A stretch of DNA of 64,000 nt, from contig JAAWKD010000001.1 in assembly GCA_022797215.1 (NCBI GenBank), positions 15,362 to 79,361 on the forward strand, in the 5' to 3' direction. The notes under the pieces were generated by a model. It did no database searches. It had not been told where the DNA came from and saw only the letters and a list, made by a program, of their open reading frames with translations. A program made the position numbers and the translations under genes. Source of the DNA: Clostridia bacterium. Its GTDB lineage: Bacteria; Bacillota; Clostridia; TANB77; CAG-508. Of this stretch, positions 1-9,208 are shown piece after piece; positions within the stretch are counted from its first letter, which is position 1; each line of letters starts with the position of its first letter.

Positions 1-668
1 AGTTTAAGAAAGAAATAAAAACGAATACCACTAAAGATAATCAAGCGACTACTAATGATAACACTATTGCTGAACAAGAAACTCCACAAAAACAATTTGA
101 AGATACATATGGTATTAAAGCTTTTCACCCTGTTGCTAAAAACTATTCTTATAGTCATTATGACGATTTTGGTGCTTCTAGGTCTTATGGATATAAAAGG
201 CTACATTTTGGAAATGATTTAATGGGAAGTATTGGTGCTCCTATTATTGCAGTAGAATCTGGTGTTGTAGAAGCGGCTGGTTGGAATCAATATGGTGGCT
301 GGAGAATTGGCGTTCGTAGCTTTGATAAAAAACGTTATTATTACTATGCCCATTTGAGAAAAAATCACCCTTATGCAGAAAATTTAAAAGAAGGTCAAAT
401 TGTGCAAGCAGGTGATGTGATTGGTTATCTTGGTATGACTGGATATAGTACCAAAGAGAATGTCAATAACATCAATGTTCCTCATCTTCATTTTGGTATA
501 CAACTTATTTTTGATGAAGTGCAAAAGGAAGGACCTAATCAAATTTGGGTAGATTTATATAATCTAGTAAATTTCTTGCAAAAAAATCGTAGTGAGGTTT
601 ACAAGAGTAACCAAGAGACTAAAGATTATTCAAGAAAATATGAAATAATAGACCCTATTGTACCATAA
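1..668 (+). CDS. M23/LytM-family metallopeptidase, 5' end cut by window edge
   Basis: Frame of the 222..668 ORF stays open back to nt 3. Translated motifs HFGNDL (HxxxD) and VPHLHFG (HxH) are M23 zinc-site signatures. Confidence 0.8.
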   Translation, partial: FKKEIKTNTTKDNQATTNDNTIAEQETPQKQFEDTYGIKAFHPVAKNYSYSHYDDFGASRSYGYKRLHFGNDLMGSIGAPIIAVESGVVEAAGWNQYGGWRIGVRSFDKKRYYYYAHLRKNHPYAENLKEGQIVQAGDVIGYLGMTGYSTKENVNNINVPHLHFGIQLIFDEVQKEGPNQIWVDLYNLVNFLQKNRSEVYKSNQETKDYSRKYEIIDPIVP

Positions 669-697
669 ACCGCTTTAGAAAAATTCTAAAACGGTTT
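667..697. terminator. Bidirectional hairpin between convergent genes
   Basis: AAACCGCTTTAGAA-aaa-TTCTAAAACGGTTT, a 14-bp stem with 1 mismatch and a T-rich flank, between the M23 stop and the SLT stop. Confidence 0.6.
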
Positions 698-721
698 ATT
701 TCTCTTGCTTTTCAATAGGTA

Positions 722-1270
722 CTACTTATACAACTTCTGATACATCTCATAATCATTCAAAATTCTTCTAACATACATATTGGTCTCTTTATATGGTATA
801 TTTTCCAAATCTGTGCCATCAGCCTTAATCGTTCCTCTTTCTATCCAATTGTTTACATTTCCCATTCCTGCATTATAAGCAGCTAATGCAATTCCTACTT
901 GATTATCATATTTTTCTAATAATTGCGAAAAATAATAGGTTCCTAATCTAATATTCGTTTCTGGGTCATATAAATCTACTTCTACTTGCTTTGATAATTC
1001 TATAGCAGTTTTATCCATTAGTTGCATAAGCCCTTTTGCATTATTATGTGATTTGGATTGTGGATTAAAATCACTTTCTGCTTTAATAATCGCAAAAATT
1101 AATAAAGGGTCTACTTCACATTCTTCAGCATATTTTGTCACATATTCAGCATATTCTTGTGGATATGCTATTTTCATTATCTTGTTTTCCAAGCCTAATA
1201 AATGAAATAAAACAAAATATAAGATAAAAATAAATACTAATAGTATCAATAATCTTTTTAATACTTTCAC
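722..1270 (-). CDS. Lytic transglycosylase (SLT domain) with N-terminal membrane anchor
   Basis: N-terminal hydrophobic helix. AESDFNPQSKSHNNAKGLMQL and AAYNAG match the SLT/goose-lysozyme-like catalytic motifs. GTG start. Confidence 0.85.
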   Translation of the reverse strand: MKVLKRLLILLVFIFILYFVLFHLLGLENKIMKIAYPQEYAEYVTKYAEECEVDPLLIFAIIKAESDFNPQSKSHNNAKGLMQLMDKTAIELSKQVEVDLYDPETNIRLGTYYFSQLLEKYDNQVGIALAAYNAGMGNVNNWIERGTIKADGTDLENIPYKETNMYVRRILNDYEMYQKLYK

Positions 1271-1410
1271 TTAACTTTCTAAACTCTCCTTTGTTTTTCT
1301 ATACTCTAGGAAATTACCTGCGTAGCATGTAATTGACGTAGAGTATAGTTATTACGAATGCTACAAATTCTTAATGACTTTGTCATTTAGAATTTGTTAA
1401 CTTCGTTTCC

Positions 1411-4158
1411 CTATTTTACCTCATACCAGTTGCCTGCTTCTGAAACTTCTACTTCTAATGGAATATCTAATGTTACGGCTTGCTCCATAGAGTCTTTTAG
1501 AATTTGTTTTACTTGCTGTTTTTGTTCTTCTTTACATTCTATTAATAACTCATCATGAATTTGCAAAATTAATTTGGCATCTAATTTTTCTTCTCTTAAT
1601 CTATCAAAAACTTTTATCATAGCAATTTTCATAATATCTGCTGCTGTTCCTTGAATTGGTGTATTCATTGCTGCTCTTGTTCCAAACTGTCTTACCATAT
1701 AGTTGCTAGAAGAAAGTTCTGTAATATATCTTCTACGATGATACAAGGTCTCTACATATCCTTTTTCTTTTGCCTCTTCTACTATATCATTCATAAAGGC
1801 TTTTACACCTTCATATTTATTCAAATATTGTTCAATATAGTTTTCTGCTTTTTTACGACTAATTCCTAACTGTTCTGCTAATCCAAATCCACTAATACCA
1901 TACACAATTCCAAAGTTTACTGCTTTTGCTGCACTTCTTTGCTCTTTGGTTACATCTTCTTGTGGAACATTAAATACTTTAGAAGCAACTTGTCTATGAA
2001 TATCTTCCTCATTTAAAAAGGCTTGTTTCATGGTTTCATCTTGTGAAATATGAGCTAATATACGTAGTTCAATTTGTGAATAGTCTGCATCAATAAAGAT
2101 ATTACCTTCCTCTGCTTTAAAAGCTTTTCTAATTTGCTTTCCCTGTTCTGCTCTAGTTGGGATATTTTGCAAATTTGGTTCTGTTGAGCTTATTCTTCCA
2201 GTAGCAGTAATAGTTTGATGGAAGTATGAGTGAATTCTATTTGTTTGTGGATTTACATATGGTAATAAGCCTTCTACATAAGTAGAATTAAGTTTTACAA
2301 GACTACGATATTCCAATAATTTCTCAATAATTGGGTGTTCTGGACGTAATTTTTCTAGTACATCTACATCAGTGGAATATCCTTTTTTAGTTTTCTTGTA
2401 TACTGGCAATTTTAACTTTTCAAACAATACAATACCTAATTGTTGTGTAGAATTAATATTAAATTCCTCCCCACTTAGGTTATATATTTCTTGTTTCAAA
2501 GTCTCTATTTGTTCTTTTAATTTGTCACCAAAACTAATTAATTCTTCCTTGTCTAAATAAATACCTTCATATTGCATATTGGCTAAAACTTTTACCAATG
2601 GCATCTCAATATTTTGAAATAACTCTGTTGCATTTGTCTCTTCTAATTTTGGTAACATCATTTCTTGCAATTTTGCAATAGTGTATACATACATTGCATT
2701 TTGGTATCTCTCAAAATCTAAACTAGTATCTGTTTCTTGAGCAAATAAAGTCATTTGCTTTTCTTGCTCTTGTTTCATTCCCATTGCTTCTAAATAGCCC
2801 ATAAGGTCCATTTTTAAATATTGATTTGCAAGTTCTTCTAAAGTATAATGACTAATACTAGAATTTAATAAATATCCAGCAATTTCACTATCGAAATAAA
2901 TTCCGTTTAAATCAATTCCTAACTCTCTCCATAAAATAATATCTTCTTTCATACGATAGCTATATTTTTTTACTGAGTTATCTTCTAAAACTTCTTTAAA
3001 ATTTTGAACAAATAACTCTACATTATTCATTGGAATTTCATAAACTGTTTGAGATATTATCATATAAAGAGTAGTCATTTTTTTAGGAATAACTGCTAAA
3101 GTTTCTTGTCTTTCTGCTTTTTCTTTTTGTAAGAAATATATCAGCTTTCCTTCTTGTTTTATAGCTTCTACTAGTTTTTGTATCTTTGAAGTGTCTTCTA
3201 ATCTAAGAGTTTCTATTGTAAATAATTCGTTAATATCTTGTGGCATTTCTGGCTTACCTTGTAGTCCAAAACGTTCAATAAAACGATTAAAATTTAATTC
3301 TTTAAATTTGGCATATACCTCTTCTTCATTCCATTCTTGTCTTTTAAAATCTTCTACCTTTTCTTCAATTGGTACTTCTGTATTTATCGTTCCTAAAGTT
3401 CTTGAAAGTTCTGCTAATTCTCTATTTGTCACTAACTTTTCTTTTGTCTTTGGTTTTAAGTCCGCCTTATCTCTTTCTATTTCTAAATATAGATTAGCAA
3501 TAGAATGATATTTTTGAATTAATTCTAAAGCTGTCTTTTCTCCAATTCCTGGAACCCCTGGAATATTATCAGAAGTATCACCTTGTAAACCTTTTACTTC
3601 TATTAGTTGTTTAGGCATAATACCATATTTTTCTAAAATAGCCTCTTCATCAAACACATCTACTTCTGTATTCCCCATTTTAGTATGTGGAATACGAACT
3701 TTAATATGATTAGAAGTTAATTGGAAAGTATCTCTATCTCCTGAAACAATGGTAACATCTAGTTTTTCCTTTTCAGCCTTTTTGGCTATTGTCCCTAAAA
3801 TGTCATCAGCTTCATATCCTTCCATTTCAACAATGGTAATATTCATAGACCTTAAGATATCTTTTAAAATTGGCATTTGCTCTGCTAATTCATTTGGCAT
3901 TCCTTTACGATTTGCTTTATATCCCTCATACATCTTATGTCTTGCTGTAGGAGCTTTTAAATCAAAAGCAACCATAAGGTATTCTGGCTTTATATCCTCC
4001 AATACCTTAAATAGAATTGCCAAAAAACCATAAATGGCATTTGTATATTTACCATCTGGTGTCATTAACATTTTAGAGCCCATTATTCCATAAAAGGCTC
4101 TATTTAAAATACTGTTTCCATCAATTAAGACTATTTTTTCCATTGTTTCCTCCCTCAA
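1411..4158 (-). CDS. polA: DNA polymerase I
   Basis: 915 aa. Has a 5'-nuclease N-terminus (LIDGNS..., GVPGIGEKTA) and polymerase motifs (DYSQIELRILAH, QIHDELL). The true start may be the ATG at 4143. Confidence 0.97.
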   Translation of the reverse strand: MREETMEKIVLIDGNSILNRAFYGIMGSKMLMTPDGKYTNAIYGFLAILFKVLEDIKPEYLMVAFDLKAPTARHKMYEGYKANRKGMPNELAEQMPILKDILRSMNITIVEMEGYEADDILGTIAKKAEKEKLDVTIVSGDRDTFQLTSNHIKVRIPHTKMGNTEVDVFDEEAILEKYGIMPKQLIEVKGLQGDTSDNIPGVPGIGEKTALELIQKYHSIANLYLEIERDKADLKPKTKEKLVTNRELAELSRTLGTINTEVPIEEKVEDFKRQEWNEEEVYAKFKELNFNRFIERFGLQGKPEMPQDINELFTIETLRLEDTSKIQKLVEAIKQEGKLIYFLQKEKAERQETLAVIPKKMTTLYMIISQTVYEIPMNNVELFVQNFKEVLEDNSVKKYSYRMKEDIILWRELGIDLNGIYFDSEIAGYLLNSSISHYTLEELANQYLKMDLMGYLEAMGMKQEQEKQMTLFAQETDTSLDFERYQNAMYVYTIAKLQEMMLPKLEETNATELFQNIEMPLVKVLANMQYEGIYLDKEELISFGDKLKEQIETLKQEIYNLSGEEFNINSTQQLGIVLFEKLKLPVYKKTKKGYSTDVDVLEKLRPEHPIIEKLLEYRSLVKLNSTYVEGLLPYVNPQTNRIHSYFHQTITATGRISSTEPNLQNIPTRAEQGKQIRKAFKAEEGNIFIDADYSQIELRILAHISQDETMKQAFLNEEDIHRQVASKVFNVPQEDVTKEQRSAAKAVNFGIVYGISGFGLAEQLGISRKKAENYIEQYLNKYEGVKAFMNDIVEEAKEKGYVETLYHRRRYITELSSSNYMVRQFGTRAAMNTPIQGTAADIMKIAMIKVFDRLREEKLDAKLILQIHDELLIECKEEQKQQVKQILKDSMEQAVTLDIPLEVEVSEAGNWYEVK

Positions 4159-4160
4159 GG

Positions 4161-4250
4161 TGTGTCCCCAAAACTGACACTTTTGTCACTTTAGGGACGT
4201 AGGTTAAACTGACACTTTTGTCAGTTTTAAAGAACGTCCCCAAACTGCCA
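4161..4250. repeat. Intergenic nested-palindrome repeat (GGGGACA/TTTAGGG family), double copy
   Basis: TGTCCCCAAAACTGACACTTTTGTCACTTTAGGGACG followed by CTGACACTTTTGTCAG and GAACGTCCCCAAA. Related copies lie at 9155, 5111 and 57044. Confidence 0.75.
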
Positions 4251-5085
4251 TCATTCATAAATACCTATTCCTCTCATGTAATTAATATATCCTTGGTCAA
4301 TATTAATCCATTCTGTAATTTGGTCCTCTAATTTTTCTACATCAAGTTTTGTTTGAGCATATTTTTCATAATTACGAATAATTTCTTGTTTAAAATTCTT
4401 TGGACAATTTCTGCTAAGAATTCTAGCTACATCATCATAAATATTTCCATAACCTGCAAACCCAAAATCAATAATAGCAGTTACTTTATTGTTTTCATCT
4501 AATAAAACATTACTTAAATTTAAATCTCCATGCACTAAACATTCTGGTTTTTCTACAGTATCTGCAAATTTCCAAAATGCTCTGTCTTCTTTACTTACAT
4601 GTTTTGTTAATAACTCATCTAAAAACTCTGATAAATTTAAACCAATATCATTGATTGTAAAAATCTTTTCTTTTTGGAAGTCTAACTGATGTAGTTCAGC
4701 CATAAATTTTGCAATATCTTCTGATACTTGCATAATTTCTTCTTCTGATAATTTTTCTATTTTCTCAGCAAGAGGAGTGCCTACAATCTTTTTATGCATG
4801 CTAAAAGGTCTTCCTTCATCTCTTTTTAATTCTAATTGGCAAGTATCAAAAGTAGTTTTCTGATAAATATATCCGTGCAAATTCACTATCTTTTACAATT
4901 GTCCTAGACCAAAATTCATCACGTGGGAAACGGAAAAAATAGTTTCCTTCATTTGTCTCTACTTCATATACAATGTTAGTCCAACCAGTTGTAATTAAAT
5001 TCATTGCTTTTACTTCTTTATCCCCTAATGCTTTCTTAATAATCGGTTCAAAGTTTTCGTCTATTTTAAAATATACCTCACTCAT
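4251..5085 (-). pseudogene. Aminoglycoside/choline-kinase-type phosphotransferase (APH family), frame broken
   Basis: The N-terminal part is ORF 4846..5085 and the C-terminal part is ORF 4251..4886, with HGDLNLSNVLLD and IIDFGFAGYG kinase motifs. They are in different frames and overlap near an A-run (~4850-4880). Confidence 0.75.
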
Positions 5086-5110
5086 GTTTTTAATTCCCTT
5101 CTTCTTTTAT

Positions 5111-5221
5111 TGTCGCATTTAGGGACACTAAGTCAGCTGTGTGAAGCGAGCTACAGATGACTTATGCAATGGAACGTAGTGAAATGCATAGTTTGTACAA
5201 CATCTGTCCCCAAGTGCGACA
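5111..5221. repeat. 111-bp MITE-like structured element with 17-nt terminal inverted repeats
   Basis: TGTCGCATTTAGGGACA (5111-5127) pairs with TGTCCCCAAGTGCGACA (5205-5221). Two internal hairpins: TAAGTCAGCTGT/ACAGATGACTTA and TATGCA/TGCATA. Confidence 0.7.
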
Positions 5222-5223
5222 TT

Positions 5224-6489
5224 CTATACGATTTTCTCTGAATATGCTGGTACTACTACCATATCCTTATCATACATTTGCACTATCTTTTTATATCTTT
5301 CATGTACTTTTTGATAACCTGGCAAATATTTTGCTATATCTTGATTACTAAATGGTATTACTCTAAAGTTACTCCATGTAGCTTGGTTATAGTAAGTATA
5401 GATGAGTTCATTTTCTACATTATCAATTTTTATAGAACTTTTTCCATCCTTTGTTGTTTTAGTAATTCTTAAAGAACTCATTAATCCTACTGTTTTGTTA
5501 TAATTCTCATCTTGATATTGTGCTGAAATAAAATTTCCTAAAGAATAGAATACTAATGTATCATCTATCCATTCTACTGGTTCTAATACATGTGGATGTG
5601 TTCCAATAACCAAGTCTACTCCTTGTTCTGCTAAAAATTTGGCTTCATCTTTTTGATAAGCAGATGGCTCAGCTATATATTCTATCCCGCAGTGCATTGC
5701 TACAATTAATACATCTACTTTATCTCTTACTCTTTTAATATCTTCTTTTACTTTCTCTTTATATGCTTGATATTTTGTATCTCTTTTTGGGTCATTAATA
5801 GATAAATCTGTTGGCCATACATTTACCAGATATTCTTTTCCTGTAGGTACTGGTATTCCATTCGTTCCATAAGTATAATTTAGCATAGTATAGGTAATTC
5901 CATTTGCTTGTTTAATTTGTACCTCATCTCTTTGCTCAAAAGATTGATAACTTCCTACTGCTAATACATCTTTTTGCTTGTCCCAATAAGCTCTAGAGTT
6001 TAAAATAGCTTGTTCTCCTCTATCCATGGTGTGATTGCTTGCTGTACTAACTAGATTAAAACCTGCATCTAGCATATTTGCTCCTGCCTCATAAGGTGAA
6101 TTGAAACATGGATAATCAGATAATCCCATTTTGCTTCCACCTAAAATAGTTTCTTGGTTATAGTAGGCAATATCATAGTTCTTAACTTTTTCTTTAATTA
6201 ATCTAAGCATTAGCTTAAAGTCATATCCTTTATTGTTTGCATTTCTATGTGCTTCTTTATAAATACTACTATGTACTAGATTATCCCCCACCATAATTAG
6301 GGAAGCACTTGTTGTTTCTTCTTTTGGCTTCTCTTGTTCTATTTCATTTTCTTGTTCGCTACTTGCTGTTCCTACAGTTTCCTTGGTATTAAGATATACT
6401 TTTAAAATTATCAAAGCAATAACTGCTATTAGTAAAATTGTTGCTGCAATAAGTAATACATTTTTTCCTGTATTCTTTTCTTTTTTCAT
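5224..6489 (-). CDS. CapA-family (PGA_cap metallophosphatase-fold) membrane-anchored protein
   Basis: N-terminal TM helix. MVGDNLVH, ASNHTMDRG and GTHPHVLEP motifs are typical of CapA/YwtB-type proteins. Confidence 0.8.
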   Translation of the reverse strand: MKKEKNTGKNVLLIAATILLIAVIALIILKVYLNTKETVGTASSEQENEIEQEKPKEETTSASLIMVGDNLVHSSIYKEAHRNANNKGYDFKLMLRLIKEKVKNYDIAYYNQETILGGSKMGLSDYPCFNSPYEAGANMLDAGFNLVSTASNHTMDRGEQAILNSRAYWDKQKDVLAVGSYQSFEQRDEVQIKQANGITYTMLNYTYGTNGIPVPTGKEYLVNVWPTDLSINDPKRDTKYQAYKEKVKEDIKRVRDKVDVLIVAMHCGIEYIAEPSAYQKDEAKFLAEQGVDLVIGTHPHVLEPVEWIDDTLVFYSLGNFISAQYQDENYNKTVGLMSSLRITKTTKDGKSSIKIDNVENELIYTYYNQATWSNFRVIPFSNQDIAKYLPGYQKVHERYKKIVQMYDKDMVVVPAYSEKIV

Positions 6490-6634
6490 TTTTACTACTC
6501 CTATGTTTCCTTACTATATCATACTTTTTTATTATTTACTTAGATTTAAGAAATTTCCCCTTTATTTTTAAGAAAATATCAAGAATTACTTTTGTCCTTT
6601 TCAATTTATTTCTTATATACATATTTTTTTACTT

Positions 6635-8560
6635 TTACTTCTTCACAAAAACATTAAACCAATAAGAACTTTCATTTGTTTCATTAGGAATTGTTATATT
6701 ATTGTAGCCATTCCAATCATTCGTAATTGCATAACATTGTGCATAAAGGAATGTATAACCATTAGGAATTGTTATACCCAAACTTGATAAATTACTTGCA
6801 TCTTTAAAATCAATTTTAGTTCCAAGTGCTAACTTTAGTTGCTGACTAGTAATCATAGAACCCCCTTCTAGATAAAAGGCAAATGTTACAGGAATCGTCC
6901 TTACTTTTTCAACTATTTGCCCTTTGTATCCTTCAGTAGCATCTTTTGAAAAAGCTTGTCTTATTTTTATTCCTTCTTTGGCAACTGAATTTTCAATCTT
7001 TACTTTTCCTACACAATTTGCCAACAAATCATTATCCCACATGTTTGGATTTGCAAATTGTACAGCATAGTTTGACAATTTCTCATCAGAAATCTTCAAG
7101 TAAATCTTCCATTCTCCGCCTTCTATCTCACTTGGTACATAGAAATAAAAATTAACATTGTTTTTTTCTCCACCTTTAATATCATTCGCATTGATATTTA
7201 ATGTAGTTTCATAATATTCACGTTCTTTTCTTAAAATAACAGATACTTTTTGCGTTTTCACTATATTTCCAAATCCTACATTTTCTATTTCAATACTAAC
7301 ACCACAAATATCTCCTTTTTCTACAGAAGATGAAATTTTAGAATTTCTTACCACCATTCTATATCCCAAATGATCTGTTATATATTTATAAGTCGTCTGC
7401 CCATTATATTCTGAATCTGAAGATGTATAATATTGATTTTTCCACTTATTATTTATTACATTTAAATTAAATTGACTATTTAAATATGTAGTATGTGTTT
7501 TTGGCATTTCTACTAAGGCAAAACTACTATCATTATATTGTTCATCATTTGCTTCTCCAGACTTTGTAACTTCTCCACCATATAATGTATACTTTCCTTG
7601 AGTTTGCATCCAATTTACAAAATCATTTCTACTAATTCCATTATCAAAAGTTCCTAAATCTGTTAAACTTCCTAAATATCCGTCATTAAATACCCCTAAT
7701 CTGTGTTGGGAATCATTTAATTCTCCTACTACCAATTTAAAAAAGTATGGTTTTCTTACATTTATTTTCATCTCATTAGGGGTATTTTCTAATAATGTTT
7801 CTATTAAAGTTTTATAATAACTATCTGCTTGATATTTTCCCGCAGTATGCATCTCACCCCAAGGTCCTAAAAATCCTGCTTCTATAGTTGATATAATGTC
7901 TTTATTTGTATTAAAGAAAGGTGACAGTTGCCTAATATGATTTTTTATTGTTTCAAATGATTTTGGCTCTCGACCTGTATTCCCATCGAAATCGTAGGCA
8001 AATCTTATGATGACATTTAACCTATTCTTTCTAATAGTATCTACCATAGTATTTAATGAAGAAATCTGTGTTGAGGTAATGTCTTTATCAATTCCATCTG
8101 CATTTACATTTCCAGAAAGTTGTCCTAAATTAACTCTTAAATGTATTATTTGTATATTTTCTTTTATAGCTTCAGAGCATTGTGTTTGTATGTCGGCATT
8201 ACTACCTAATAGCACTGTAAAAGGCCTGTACCAACCTCTGTCTGGGTTCATAATGGTAGCAATGCTATCTTGAGAACTAAGCTCTTGTTTTACCATTCTT
8301 TGGTCTATTTCCGAAGTGTCATACTCATCTGGTAGAGTTTCTCCACCGCCGATATAATTTTCTGAAAATATTTGGTTTAGCATTTCATCTTCATCTTTTG
8401 TCGCTTTATTATGCTTATCTGCGGCTTCCTTTGCTTTTGCCAATAATCCATTTTCTCCTACTATCATGCTTATTGACACTCCTGCTAATATCAAAAGTAT
8501 CACAATAGTTATAACTAATGCTACTAATGTAATACCTTTTTCCTTGTCATTTTTCATCAT
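6635..8560 (-). CDS. Prepilin-like N-terminal segment fused to a DUF4874/DUF4832-like (glycoside-hydrolase-like) domain
   Basis: KGITLVALVITIVILLILAGV resembles a class-III (prepilin) signal but lacks Glu+5. DRGWYRP and GFLGPWGEMH recall DUF4874/DUF4832, from memory only. Confidence 0.55.
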   Translation of the reverse strand: MMKNDKEKGITLVALVITIVILLILAGVSISMIVGENGLLAKAKEAADKHNKATKDEDEMLNQIFSENYIGGGETLPDEYDTSEIDQRMVKQELSSQDSIATIMNPDRGWYRPFTVLLGSNADIQTQCSEAIKENIQIIHLRVNLGQLSGNVNADGIDKDITSTQISSLNTMVDTIRKNRLNVIIRFAYDFDGNTGREPKSFETIKNHIRQLSPFFNTNKDIISTIEAGFLGPWGEMHTAGKYQADSYYKTLIETLLENTPNEMKINVRKPYFFKLVVGELNDSQHRLGVFNDGYLGSLTDLGTFDNGISRNDFVNWMQTQGKYTLYGGEVTKSGEANDEQYNDSSFALVEMPKTHTTYLNSQFNLNVINNKWKNQYYTSSDSEYNGQTTYKYITDHLGYRMVVRNSKISSSVEKGDICGVSIEIENVGFGNIVKTQKVSVILRKEREYYETTLNINANDIKGGEKNNVNFYFYVPSEIEGGEWKIYLKISDEKLSNYAVQFANPNMWDNDLLANCVGKVKIENSVAKEGIKIRQAFSKDATEGYKGQIVEKVRTIPVTFAFYLEGGSMITSQQLKLALGTKIDFKDASNLSSLGITIPNGYTFLYAQCYAITNDWNGYNNITIPNETNESSYWFNVFVKK

Positions 8561-9127
8561 TTATATCTCCTCCTCTTTAGTAAATAATTTCTCAATTTGC
8601 TTCCTATATCTATCTTCCTCCGAAAAAATACAGCCACAATATTTTTGCATATACATTCCTAGTTCTCTTGCTTTAGCTTGTCCATCACGAAATCCCACTC
8701 TAAAATCACGATATAGAAAAGTAAGTTCATATCTCTTGGCTATTTCTTCTGCAATTTGCTTTAATTCTTCATGTTTTTGATAAGGGCTCACTAGTAATGT
8801 AGTAGTAATAGTATCATAACCATTTTCTTTTGCATACTTAGCTGTTTGTTCTAGTCTTACACGATAGCAATAATCTGTACATCTTGTTTCTAATGAATTT
8901 ACTACATTTTTGCAAAAGTTATCCAATCCATAATCTTCCTCAAAAATTGTTTGTATATGAATACTTTTTGAATATTCTTTTAAGCAATCCCTTCTAGCCT
9001 TGTATTCCATATATGGATGAATATTTGGGTTATACCAATAAATCGTTGGTTCTATTCCCTCTTGTCTTAAACTATCTATACAATATACACTGCATGGTGC
9101 ACAGCATGTGTGCATTAAAAGTTTCAT
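8561..9127 (-). CDS. queH: Epoxyqueuosine reductase QueH (DUF208)
   Basis: HTCCAPCS N-terminal cysteine cluster and C-terminal YCGCIFSEEDRY. Size 188 aa. Confidence 0.85.
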   Translation of the reverse strand: MKLLMHTCCAPCSVYCIDSLRQEGIEPTIYWYNPNIHPYMEYKARRDCLKEYSKSIHIQTIFEEDYGLDNFCKNVVNSLETRCTDYCYRVRLEQTAKYAKENGYDTITTTLLVSPYQKHEELKQIAEEIAKRYELTFLYRDFRVGFRDGQAKARELGMYMQKYCGCIFSEEDRYRKQIEKLFTKEEEI

Positions 9128-9154
9128 CCTCTCACCTTCTTCATATAATTCAAG

Positions 9155-9208
9155 GTCTGTCCCAAAACTGACAACTTTGTCAGAAAAAGGAACGTCCCCA
9201 ACCTGACA
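9155..9208. repeat. Intergenic nested-palindrome repeat (same family as 4161..4250)
   Basis: TGTCCCAAAACTGACAACTTTGTCAG...GAACGTCCCCAACCTGACA. Shares CCC(C)AAAACTGAC and GAACGTCCCCAA with the polA-upstream copy. Confidence 0.7.

Noticed and set aside
4173-4223. CTGACA-N4-TGTCAG palindromes upstream of polA and at the ruvB-queH junction could be SOS (LexA/Cheo) boxes, given the DNA-repair genes nearby.
   Set aside because: They do not match the Firmicute LexA consensus CGAAC-N4-GTTCG. They are embedded in a larger nested-palindrome repeat also found next to unrelated genes.
9128-9208. Possible preQ1 riboswitch ahead of queH.
   Set aside because: No preQ1-I/II-like hairpin or A-rich tail motif is present. 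The spacer is occupied by the dispersed palindromic repeat.
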